The position numbers and the translations under genes are program-made. From positions 1 through 56,087 of the forward strand of contig JBBTRT010000007.1 in NCBI GenBank assembly GCA_038065055.1: a stretch of 56,087 bases of DNA, written 5' to 3'. The notes under the pieces are model-generated. The model did not search any database and was not told the origin of the DNA. It saw only the letters and a list, made by a program, of their open reading frames with translations. Below are positions 9,457 to 17,120 of this stretch, in pieces (the stretch's first letter is position 1; each line of letters opens with the position of its first letter). The stretch comes from Patescibacteria group bacterium. GTDB lineage: Bacteria; Patescibacteriota; Microgenomatia; UBA1400; CG1-02-47-37.

Positions 9457-10074
9457 ATGACTGATCCAATTACCCAAGATATCGTTGCCGAACAAGAAGC
9501 CAAAGATAACGATGCCGCCCAGCACATTATTATTAACGACTCGGCCGCGGCCAAAAGCCACTGGTATGTGGTCCACACTTACTCCGGCCACGAACACAAG
9601 GTCGCCCAAGCCCTAACCCAGCGCGCCAACTCCATGAATTTAACTGATTATATCCTGGAAATCCTCATCCCCACCCAAAATAAAATCCAAATCCGCAAAG
9701 GCCAAAAATTCTCCATCAAGGAAAAACTTTTCCCCGGCTACATGCTGGTTAAATTGGTTTTAACCGACGATTCCTGGCTCGCCGTCCGCACCACCCAGGG
9801 TGTGACCGGTTTCGTCGGCATCGGCAACAAACCTACCCCACTGCCCCAATCCGAAGTCGCTAACATCATGAAATTTACCCAAATGGAAGCGCCCAAATAT
9901 AAAGCCTCTTTCTCCATTAACGAAGCCGTTAAAATCATTGAAGGCCCGTTTGCCGATTTCCTCGGTTCGGTTGAATCAATTGATGACGCCAAAGGCAAAG
10001 TCAAAGTCTTAGTCTCTATCTTCGGCCGCGAAACCCCGGTTGAACTGGACTTCCTCCAAGTCCAAAAAATCTAA
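9457..10074 (+). CDS. nusG: transcription termination/antitermination factor NusG
   Basis: HWYVVHTYSGHEHKV NGN start and a C-terminal KOW (GPFADFLG..V). Conserved position. Confidence 0.9.
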   Translation: MTDPITQDIVAEQEAKDNDAAQHIIINDSAAAKSHWYVVHTYSGHEHKVAQALTQRANSMNLTDYILEILIPTQNKIQIRKGQKFSIKEKLFPGYMLVKLVLTDDSWLAVRTTQGVTGFVGIGNKPTPLPQSEVANIMKFTQMEAPKYKASFSINEAVKIIEGPFADFLGSVESIDDAKGKVKVLVSIFGRETPVELDFLQVQKI

Positions 10075-10077
10075 CTT

Positions 10078-10449
10078 ATGCCTTACGGAGAACAAGCTAA
10101 ACATCGTGATATGCAAGCAATGCTTGAGAAACTCCCGTCGGAATTTAGAATTATTCCAACCGATTCCATAATTAACAGTCGAATTGCCCAAATAAATGCC
10201 AGCGGCTTAAGTTATTTAACTTTTTGGATTAATGGCTATGACACCAATGAAGCTATTGCTAATCAACTTGACGTCAAAACAGTCACCGTCAAAAGTGTCC
10301 TCTATAAAACTTGTCAACAAGTCAAAAATCTAAATGATGATTTAGCCGATTATTTTGACACAAATATACACTTGAATCCAGGTTTAATTGCCATGAAACT
10401 AATTAAAGGCGGTTTTTTCAAAATAGTCGAACCCGTCGAAAAAGCCTAA
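10078..10449 (+). CDS. small LuxR/GerE-type HTH protein inserted between nusG and rplK
   Basis: 123-aa ORF. TNEAIANQLDVKTVTVKSVLYKTCQQV resembles a LuxR-type HTH. It is more AT-rich than its neighbours. Confidence 0.5.
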   Translation: MPYGEQAKHRDMQAMLEKLPSEFRIIPTDSIINSRIAQINASGLSYLTFWINGYDTNEAIANQLDVKTVTVKSVLYKTCQQVKNLNDDLADYFDTNIHLNPGLIAMKLIKGGFFKIVEPVEKA

Positions 10450-10452
10450 GTC

Positions 10453-10481
10453 TTGTCTCCCTAGAATTTTCCTGCTATACT
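10453..10481 (+). promoter_or_regulatory. sigma70-like promoter (TTGTCT, 17 nt, TATACT) upstream of rplK
   Basis: Hexamers and spacing read directly. Confidence 0.45.
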
Positions 10482-10532
10482 ATATTTACTTCGTCAACAG
10501 CGAGGCAGAGATAATCTCTCGACACTTAATTT

Positions 10533-10559
10533 AACCTTGCTGTGATGCAAGGTTTTTTT
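10533..10559 (+). terminator. terminator-like or attenuator hairpin in the rplK leader
   Basis: Perfect 8-bp stem AACCTTGC/GCAAGGTT with a 6-nt loop, followed by a T-run. It ends 7 nt before the rplK ATG, and its 3' arm contains the only SD-like AAGG. Confidence 0.5.
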
Positions 10560-10565
10560 ATACCT

Positions 10566-10985
10566 ATGGCCAAAAAAGTCAAAATCATCTTAAAACTTAA
10601 TCTTCCCGCCGGCAAGGCTAACCCCGCCCCGCCCGTCGGCCCGGCCCTTGGCCAGCACGGCGTGGCCATCATGGATTTTTGCAAACAGTACAACGAAAAA
10701 ACTAAAGCCATGCAAGGCGTCATTCCGGCCGTAGTGACCATTTACGAAGACCGCACTTTTACCTTTGAACTCAAAAAACCGCCGGTCAGCGCCTTGATAA
10801 AAAAAGCGCTTAATCTCGCCAAAGGCTCGCCGTCACCCGGCCGGGACATAGTGGCTACCCTCAAAGACGCTCAGATTACCGCCATTGCCGAAGATAAAAT
10901 GGAAGATTTAAACGCCAACAGTCTTGAGGCCGCCAAAAAAATTATCAGCGGCACCGCTCGCAGTATGGGCATCAAGGTAGAATAA
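10566..10985 (+). CDS. rplK: 50S ribosomal protein L11
   Basis: [33 protein letters not shown] signature. The ORF-track start at 10542 lies inside the leader hairpin, so the ATG at 10566 is preferred. Confidence 0.92.
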   Translation: MAKKVKIILKLNLPAGKANPAPPVGPALGQHGVAIMDFCKQYNEKTKAMQGVIPAVVTIYEDRTFTFELKKPPVSALIKKALNLAKGSPSPGRDIVATLKDAQITAIAEDKMEDLNANSLEAAKKIISGTARSMGIKVE

Positions 10986-10986
10986 T

Positions 10987-11772
10987 ATGGGGAAAAAGAA
11001 AATTGCTCTTGTTGATCTCTCTCAATCTGACAAAGCCCAGCTTAAAGCCAGCGGCGTCCGCAGCCAAAAGTTAATTATCAAAAAATCAACCAAAGCTCCT
11101 GAAGTTGCCGTTCCGGTCGTTGAAGTTGCTCCCGAATCTACTCCGGTCAAAACCGATAAAAAAACAAAAACCCGTGTTAAAAAAGGCCACTCCAAGCGCT
11201 ATTTAGAAGCCCGGGCTTTAATCGACAAAACCAAAACCTATTCCCCAACCGAAGCCATTTCCCTCTTGCGCCAAGTTTCTACAACCAAATTTGACCCCAG
11301 CGTTGAACTCCATCTCCTCTTAAATATCGGCAAATTAAGCGGCGACCTTAACTTGCCGCACGGTACCGGCAAAACCGCTAAAGTCGAAATAGCCACCGAG
11401 GACACTTTATCCAAATTAAAAGCCGGGACGATAGACTTTGATATTTTGGTCGCCGAACCAAAAATGATGCCCAAGCTCGCCCAATACGCCAAACTCTTGG
11501 GCCCCAAAGGCCTGATGCCCAACCCCAAAACCAACACTATCTCTGATAAACCGGAAGAATTAGCCAAAAAATTAGCCGGCGGCTCCTGCCGTTTCAAAAC
11601 CGAGCCTAAAGCCCCGTTAATTCATCAAGTAATCGGTAAATTAAGTTTTAAAGATACTCAATTACTCGAGAATTTAACTGCCGCTCTGCAGGCCGTCCAG
11701 CTGAAAAACATTCTTTCCTGCCACCTTTGCTCTTCCATGAGTCCGTCTATTAAAGTTGACTTTCAACTCTAA
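10987..11772 (+). CDS. rplA: 50S ribosomal protein L1 with an approximately 65-aa Lys-rich N-terminal extension
   Basis: The conserved L1 body starts at SKRYLEA..., with LPHGTGK and PKGLMPNPK motifs. The ATG is 1 nt after the rplK stop codon. Confidence 0.88.
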   Translation: MGKKKIALVDLSQSDKAQLKASGVRSQKLIIKKSTKAPEVAVPVVEVAPESTPVKTDKKTKTRVKKGHSKRYLEARALIDKTKTYSPTEAISLLRQVSTTKFDPSVELHLLLNIGKLSGDLNLPHGTGKTAKVEIATEDTLSKLKAGTIDFDILVAEPKMMPKLAQYAKLLGPKGLMPNPKTNTISDKPEELAKKLAGGSCRFKTEPKAPLIHQVIGKLSFKDTQLLENLTAALQAVQLKNILSCHLCSSMSPSIKVDFQL

Positions 11773-11784
11773 TTGCAGTATAAT
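11756..11784 (+). promoter_or_regulatory. sigma70-like promoter (TTGACT, 17 nt, TATAAT) spanning the rplA stop codon, for rplJL
   Basis: Near-consensus hexamers with 17-nt spacing, in a position analogous to the E. coli rplJ promoter. Confidence 0.5.
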
Positions 11785-11835
11785 TAATTTTTGTCCTAAG
11801 AAAGTAGGCAATCATAAGTCCTACCGAGGAAAACT

Positions 11836-12369
11836 ATGCCAAATAAACGCAATCTTGCTTCAGTTTCTAATCTAACTGCCAAACTCCAAAAATCTAAAAG
11901 CGTTGTTTTTGCCGACTACCGCGGCCTTTCCGTCAATAACCAACGTTTGTTGCGCCGCCAAATTACCGCCGTCGGCGGCGAGCTGATCGTCGCTAAAAAC
12001 ACTCTCTTGAAAATCGTTTTTAAAGACCTAAAATACCCCCTCGAATCCCTGATCGACACTTTCACCGGGCCGACGGTTGTTTTATTTGCCTACGAAGACG
12101 AAATTGCCCCCATCAAAGCTTTAGCCGAATTTAGCCAAGCCCACGAACTCCCTGTTGTTAAAGCCGGCTTTTTGACCAAAGAACCCCTGACCAAAGCCCA
12201 AGTAGAAACCTTAGCCAAACTCCCCACCCGCCTGGAATTGATCGCCAAAACCATTGGTTCGTTAAAATCCCCGCTTTCCGGCATTGTCCAAGTTCTTTCC
12301 GGTAACATCCGTAAATTAATTTATGTTTTACAAGCCTTAACAAAGGCAGATCGAAAGGTGGTGAATTAA
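11836..12369 (+). CDS. rplJ: 50S ribosomal protein L10
   Basis: 177-aa ORF with the typical L10 N-terminus (KSKSVVFADYRGLSV), placed before rplL. Confidence 0.9.
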   Translation: MPNKRNLASVSNLTAKLQKSKSVVFADYRGLSVNNQRLLRRQITAVGGELIVAKNTLLKIVFKDLKYPLESLIDTFTGPTVVLFAYEDEIAPIKALAEFSQAHELPVVKAGFLTKEPLTKAQVETLAKLPTRLELIAKTIGSLKSPLSGIVQVLSGNIRKLIYVLQALTKADRKVVN

Positions 12370-12372
12370 TCT

Positions 12373-12789
12373 ATGACAGATGACAAAGAAGTCAAGGTGA
12401 CCGCAAAACTCACCAAAATCATCGAAGAAGTTGAAAAATTGACTGTTTTGGAATTAGCTGATTTAGTCAAAGCTCTTGAGGAAAAATTTGGTGTTAGTGC
12501 CTCGCCGGCCGTAGTGGCTGCGGCTACTGCCGCCCCGTCCGGCACCGCCGCAGGCGGAGCAGACGCCGGGGAAGAGAAAAGCGAATACCAGGTTGTCTTA
12601 ACTTCCGCTGGCGCCAACAAAATCGGCGTTATTAAAGCTTTAAGGGAAATTAATCAAACCTTGGGCCTTAAAGAAGCTAAAGATTTAGCTGAAGCCACCC
12701 CGAAAGAAGTCGGTACTTTCAAAAAAGAAGAAGCCGAAACTGCTAAGAAAAAACTCGAAGCCGCCGGCGCTCAAGTGGAATTGAAGTAA
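12373..12789 (+). CDS. rplL: 50S ribosomal protein L7/L12
   Basis: An Ala-rich hinge and a C-terminal domain ([20 protein letters not shown]...[12 protein letters not shown]). Confidence 0.92.
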   Translation: MTDDKEVKVTAKLTKIIEEVEKLTVLELADLVKALEEKFGVSASPAVVAAATAAPSGTAAGGADAGEEKSEYQVVLTSAGANKIGVIKALREINQTLGLKEAKDLAEATPKEVGTFKKEEAETAKKKLEAAGAQVELK

Positions 12790-12817
12790 TCTGAAATTCC
12801 ACCTGAGGAGAAACGTG

Positions 12818-12841
12818 ACCCCGACGCAAGTCGGGGTTTTA
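12818..12841 (+). terminator. intrinsic terminator after rplL
   Basis: ACCCCGAC-GCAA-GTCGGGGT stem-loop followed by TTT. Confidence 0.7.
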
Positions 12842-12858
12842 CGTTTCGCGCATCTCCC

Positions 12859-12888
12859 TTGACACACTCTACTCCCATTTGATATATT
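12859..12888 (+). promoter_or_regulatory. sigma70-like promoter (TTGACA, 18 nt, TATATT)
   Basis: Read directly. Lies upstream of the 74-aa HTH gene. Confidence 0.45.
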
Positions 12889-12929
12889 AGTTACAGTTAG
12901 ATATTAATTAAGCCCAGTTTGAACAACCT

Positions 12930-13154
12930 ATGAACGATCAAACAGCATCAAACGTTAAACCTGTGATATCTTTAGGTTCACTTCCTGATTTATTAACCGT
13001 CCGTGAAGTAGCTAACCTGCTCCGCGTCTCCCCTTTAACCATCAAGCGCTGGGGCAAGCGCGGCAAACTGCCGGCCATCCGGATAAACTCCCGCGGCGAC
13101 CGCCGCTACAAAAAAGAAGCCGTCTTATGGCTTCTGGGTATCCAGGAAAAATAA
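12930..13154 (+). CDS. excisionase/MerR-superfamily HTH (HTH_17-like) DNA-binding protein
   Basis: LLTVREVANLLRVSPLTIKRWGKRGKLPAIRI..RGDRRY pattern. Confidence 0.75.
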   Translation: MNDQTASNVKPVISLGSLPDLLTVREVANLLRVSPLTIKRWGKRGKLPAIRINSRGDRRYKKEAVLWLLGIQEK

Positions 13155-13158
13155 TTTA

Positions 13159-16062
13159 CTACTTTACCAAACCATTTAACTGCAATTGATCTAAAGTATA
13201 ATGATTTACCGGATCACCTATTATTCCAAATGAATTAACCCCTGTACGAACTAATATAGTACCCTGGAACCGATTAGTAATTAAAGCATCAATTATACCG
13301 TCTTTGTTCTGATCTAAGGCCCAGTAAAACCAGCCATCTTTACCCACAACTTCTTTAAGAATACCTGAGTTTATAGCTTCCGCCTTCAAGTCTGAATCGG
13401 CAACGAGTTTATTAAATTCAGCGACAAAACCCATTATCATTTCACCATCGTAAGGCTTATCGGGAGTTAAATCAAAATTTTGAATGAAAGTCTCCACTTG
13501 CCCCACCATCTGCGTCGCCGTGGCTAATATATCCGTCGCCATCGGCATTACTGACGGAATTGGCGCTTGCGGTGTCACGGTCGGCACCACTGGCTCCGGC
13601 GTAACCGGTGTCTCCGTCGCCATTTGCGTCGGCGGCTGTGTTACCGCCTGCGTCGGCACCTCATTATGAATTGTTTGAATTTCAGCTATCAAAATTCCGG
13701 ATAAATTTACCAATACTGGAATTGATGTTGCCAAAATTACCCCTAACCTCACTCCTTCTTCCATCGCTTTTAGTGATTCTTTATCATCTTCAGTAAAACC
13801 ATAAGGGAAAAAACGCGGTAATAAATAATTAAATAACCCTCGCATAACAACAGCCTTTCCTGTACTATGCTTAAACATATCTTGGGTTATGGAATTAATT
13901 AACAAGTCTATAACTCCGCCAGTTGCCGATACCGCCATTCCCACAATAAATCCATTTCTAAAATCTCTCATTAGGCCCTCTTGACTAATTCTACGCATTT
14001 CTTTCAGCCTACCTAATAAATTTACTGCTCCAAAGATTAAAAAAGCCGAAGCAGTTAAACCCAGCATATTTGGATCGGTTGCCATATCTTTTAAAACTAA
14101 TGTATTAAAAATCAATGCCTCAGTTGGTCTAATCCCAAAAGCTGATTCAGTTAAAAAATTATAAATTCTCGCCGCCGAAAATAAACTTTTATTTTCCCTC
14201 CTTGGCATCACCGGCATTTCCGCTTCTTCCGCTTCTGCTGCCAAATTCTTCTTTTCCACTCTTATTTGCCAACCACCACCTCTTTTTTCCAACAATATTA
14301 CCAATGGAATACCCGGAAAAGATATCTGTTCTCTTTTCCGCCAATTAATTTTTCTCTCTTGTTCCCCATCACTTAAAACAATTTTATTTTTAGAAAAAGT
14401 TAAAGTGAATAACCCCATTTCATGCATTTCCGGGTGAAAAATTGCAATAAATTCATTTGCCCTTCCCGGATCTTCACCAGCTGCAAAAATTTTCACCTCT
14501 GACACCATCCCTCTTGGTGCCAACACATTAATTGCTTCTGTCGGATTAACCATTTTTTCAATGGGCAATAAATTATCCCGTGTCAACTTAAAATTACCAT
14601 CAGGCTGGTTTTCCACTAAAATCCATTGCTTTTCACCCCCGGTTGCTGATTCCACTCCCAACCACTGGTTATCCCCACGCCTAGTAAAAATAACTTCTCT
14701 ATCAGTTATCATCGTAATGTTATCTAAATTTTCCATATAAGTCCTAACCTCACCTTTTTTTTGCTCCACCAAAGGCATTACTGCATGCAAATTACCATCA
14801 TCGTCCAATCTCATTTCCACCTTTTGCCAATCTTTTCGAACAACTTCATCTAATTGATAATTACCCCCATGGACAAAAAAAAGTTCACCGTCAGGTCTAA
14901 TCACCACATAACCATCACCATCCACTAACACTTCTCCCTCTGCAAAATCCTGAACTCCCAGAAATTTGCTCTCTTTCACAGCCTGCCTTTTTTCTGGCTC
15001 TCTTCCTTCAACTGGCTCCGCCGCCGGCACGCCCGCCGCCATTTCCGTCATCGGTGCTCCCGCTTCTCCCGCCTCCATTGCCGCCAACCAATAAGGAATT
15101 TCCCCCTCTGCCCGCTGCGGCTCACTGCCTGCAAGGTTGGACCTTGCAGGCCCTTGACCCCCGCTCTCATCCACCATTTCCCTCCCCGGCTTACTCGGCT
15201 TAATTGGTGGTAGTGGCAGATCTGGCACTTTTTCATACACCTTGGCCACATGGCCATCTTTAACCGGCGGAGGTTCATCACCTGGCCATCTTCCTGCAGC
15301 CGTTCCAACCGGCTCTCCGCTAACTACCGAAATTTCCTCACCTGCAGGGTCAAACCCTGCAGGCCCGTGCGGATTTTTCTCTGGTTTTGCCGCCACTTTT
15401 TCCGCCATCGATGGCATTGAGAGCGGCGGCGGCGGAAAATCTTTTACTCTTCTCCTTACATCTGCGGCTAACTCACCCATTCTAGTCGTTGCCGCAATCT
15501 CCTCATCCGCTCTCGCTCTGGCTAACAATGCTTCACCTTCTGCCTTTGCTTCCGCCTGAATCCCCTTTTCCGTCAACATCTCTATCCTAATTCTCCCGTT
15601 TTCTACCTTTACTCTTACAATCTTAACCTGACCATCTCCCTCTAATTTCAAATTTTTATTCAAAGCCTTTACTAACGCCTCATTTGGTTTATTCTTAATT
15701 GTTCCAAAACCAACTTTTATCAATTTTTCACCTTTTCCATTTGCCGCTAATTCTAAATTAGACATCTCCCCAACATCATTAGTATCAAAATCCAACTTTA
15801 AATCAGCATCAATAGCCGTTAAAAAACTACCTTGTTTCGCATGTGCCAAAATATTGCAATGAACCCCCCCTAATTCTACACTCAAGCCTGTTACTTCAGC
15901 ATCAGGAGTCAAAATTCCCATTATCATTTCTCCGGCCTGATTTACCTTGTTTCCACCAAATTCATGCCTTGACGCTCCGCTTTGCCCCGCTAAATCAAAC
16001 TGAACTGACCGCCTTGACTCCTCTTTATTTGCATAATTAATATCTTTTTTCCCATCACCCAT
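13159..16062 (-). CDS. large (967 aa) multidomain membrane protein, function unknown
   Basis: Long ORF. It has an N-terminal soluble region, a Pro/Gly-rich linker, a cluster of TM helices (approximately aa 640-800), a Thr/Pro linker, and a C-terminal DQNKDGIID Ca-binding-like/FG-GAP-like segment. Confidence 0.7.
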   Translation of the reverse strand: MGDGKKDINYANKEESRRSVQFDLAGQSGASRHEFGGNKVNQAGEMIMGILTPDAEVTGLSVELGGVHCNILAHAKQGSFLTAIDADLKLDFDTNDVGEMSNLELAANGKGEKLIKVGFGTIKNKPNEALVKALNKNLKLEGDGQVKIVRVKVENGRIRIEMLTEKGIQAEAKAEGEALLARARADEEIAATTRMGELAADVRRRVKDFPPPPLSMPSMAEKVAAKPEKNPHGPAGFDPAGEEISVVSGEPVGTAAGRWPGDEPPPVKDGHVAKVYEKVPDLPLPPIKPSKPGREMVDESGGQGPARSNLAGSEPQRAEGEIPYWLAAMEAGEAGAPMTEMAAGVPAAEPVEGREPEKRQAVKESKFLGVQDFAEGEVLVDGDGYVVIRPDGELFFVHGGNYQLDEVVRKDWQKVEMRLDDDGNLHAVMPLVEQKKGEVRTYMENLDNITMITDREVIFTRRGDNQWLGVESATGGEKQWILVENQPDGNFKLTRDNLLPIEKMVNPTEAINVLAPRGMVSEVKIFAAGEDPGRANEFIAIFHPEMHEMGLFTLTFSKNKIVLSDGEQERKINWRKREQISFPGIPLVILLEKRGGGWQIRVEKKNLAAEAEEAEMPVMPRRENKSLFSAARIYNFLTESAFGIRPTEALIFNTLVLKDMATDPNMLGLTASAFLIFGAVNLLGRLKEMRRISQEGLMRDFRNGFIVGMAVSATGGVIDLLINSITQDMFKHSTGKAVVMRGLFNYLLPRFFPYGFTEDDKESLKAMEEGVRLGVILATSIPVLVNLSGILIAEIQTIHNEVPTQAVTQPPTQMATETPVTPEPVVPTVTPQAPIPSVMPMATDILATATQMVGQVETFIQNFDLTPDKPYDGEMIMGFVAEFNKLVADSDLKAEAINSGILKEVVGKDGWFYWALDQNKDGIIDALITNRFQGTILVRTGVNSFGIIGDPVNHYTLDQLQLNGLVK

Positions 16063-16109
16063 ATCCTTTTATTCTATGCTAATAGCTCCCACAGAACAAT
16101 TCCCTTTTC

Positions 16110-16384
16110 CTACTCTTTTTTCCCTTTTACCGCCTGGACTTCCTGGATCACGGTAACCACCGCGGCCTGCACCACCTCTGTCACCAAACTAGCCAATCCC
16201 CCTTTGTTATCAGTACCCTTATCCGTTTTCATTGCTTTATTTAAATTTCTTAAAAAACTTTTACCAATCCTCTTAAAATCTGTTTTATCGACCCCCTCCG
16301 GGGGGGCATTTTCTCAACTAAATCCCCGTTTTCATCCAACTCTAAAACTACTGATCGTAAAACCTCGTTATCTTCCATGTTCAT
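16110..16384 (-). pseudogene. small ORF (approximately 91 aa if repaired) interrupted at a C7 tract, directly upstream of the 967-aa gene
   Basis: Hand translation: the ATG at 16384 opens a frame that stops at 16252-16250. A second frame continues to the TAG at 16112-16110. One extra C in the run at 16300-16306 joins the two frames. Confidence 0.3.
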
Positions 16385-16419
16385 ACCTTATTTTACCATA
16401 TTCCCCACTGTTTCGCCAG
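16382..16419. repeat. solo L-R junction: the two cassette ends abutted with no cassette between them
   Basis: CATACCTTATTTTACCAT (L-like, 16382-16399) lies 3 nt before CCCCACTGTTTCGCCAG (16403-16419), an exact 17-mer of R copy B. Confidence 0.8.
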
Positions 16420-16444
16420 AATTATGTTATATTATACTTATATT

Positions 16445-16726
16445 ATGACAGACTTAACTAAAAAAACTATTCCCATATTAAAAAAATACGGCGTCACTAA
16501 AGCCGCGATCTTTGGTTCTTATAGTCGAGGTGATGCTCATCAGAATAGCGATATTGACCTCCTGGTTAATATCAAAAAAAATCTCAGCCTTTTTGGTTTT
16601 TCTGCCCTAAAAGCGGACTTGCAAGAGGCCTTAAACCGCCGCGTTGACCTCATCGAATACTCCCAAATTAAACCTCTGCTCAGAAAATCAATTATGGCTG
16701 ACGCTCAAGTATTTTTTACCCTGTAA
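16445..16726 (+). CDS. mntA: MNT-type nucleotidyltransferase antitoxin (MntA-like)
   Basis: AAIFGSYSRGDAHQNSDIDLLV (GS..D.D minimal NTase motif). The start is taken at the Met beginning MTDLTKK. Confidence 0.85.
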   Translation: MTDLTKKTIPILKKYGVTKAAIFGSYSRGDAHQNSDIDLLVNIKKNLSLFGFSALKADLQEALNRRVDLIEYSQIKPLLRKSIMADAQVFFTL

Positions 16727-17059
16727 ATGAAAAAATCAGTCGCTGTTTATATCCAAGACATTCTTGAAGCAATTGCAAAAATTGAAGATTACACAATTAA
16801 AAAATCTTTTTCTAAAACCGATTTTCTTGATGACGTTCAAACCCAAGATTCAGTCTTAAGGCGTCTGGAAATTATCGGAGAAGCCAGCCGAAAAATCCCT
16901 CTTGATTTCCGCCAGCAACACCCCCAAATACCCTGGAAAGCAATGGTTGGCCTAAGAGACGTCTTAATTCATGGCTATGATCAAGTCAATATCCATCGTG
17001 TCTGGCAGGTAATTATTAAAGATTTACCCCAGCTCAAAATCGAACTTCTCAAAATTTGA
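16727..17059 (+). CDS. hepT: HEPN (DUF86) toxin, HepT-like
   Basis: RDVLIHGY (Rx4-6H HEPN motif). Its ATG abuts the mntA stop codon (TAAATG). Confidence 0.85.
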   Translation: MKKSVAVYIQDILEAIAKIEDYTIKKSFSKTDFLDDVQTQDSVLRRLEIIGEASRKIPLDFRQQHPQIPWKAMVGLRDVLIHGYDQVNIHRVWQVIIKDLPQLKIELLKI

Positions 17060-17063
17060 TTTC

Positions 17064-17120
17064 TTATCCTATCCCCCACTGTTTTGCCAGCAGTTTCGCC
17101 TGGCCGGTGAAAAAATGCTT
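17064..17120. repeat. conserved 3' cassette end (R), copy A
   Basis: 57 nt with 3 mismatches against 19207..19263. Confidence 0.9.

Noticed and set aside
10542-10565. ORF-track N-terminal extensions: rplK from 10542, the GT4 gene from 23710, the CHASE protein from 32975, mntA from 16424 and ATPase copy 3 from 45654.
   Set aside because: The extensions overlap a leader hairpin or the preceding gene (mreB, the Tat-signal ORF), or they use TTG. Conserved protein N-termini begin at the internal Met codons chosen in the feature list.
11785-11835. An L10(L12)4-binding leader structure before rplJ (a GTAGG...CCTAC stem at 11805-11825).
   Set aside because: There is only a 5-bp stem and the leader is very short. 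I cannot match it to the known L10 leader fold by eye.
16204-16461. A + strand 85-aa ORF in the spacer upstream of mntA.
   Set aside because: Its translation is low-complexity (Leu/Pro/Ser-rich). It lies opposite the more protein-like, tract-interrupted minus-strand ORF and spans the L-R junction.
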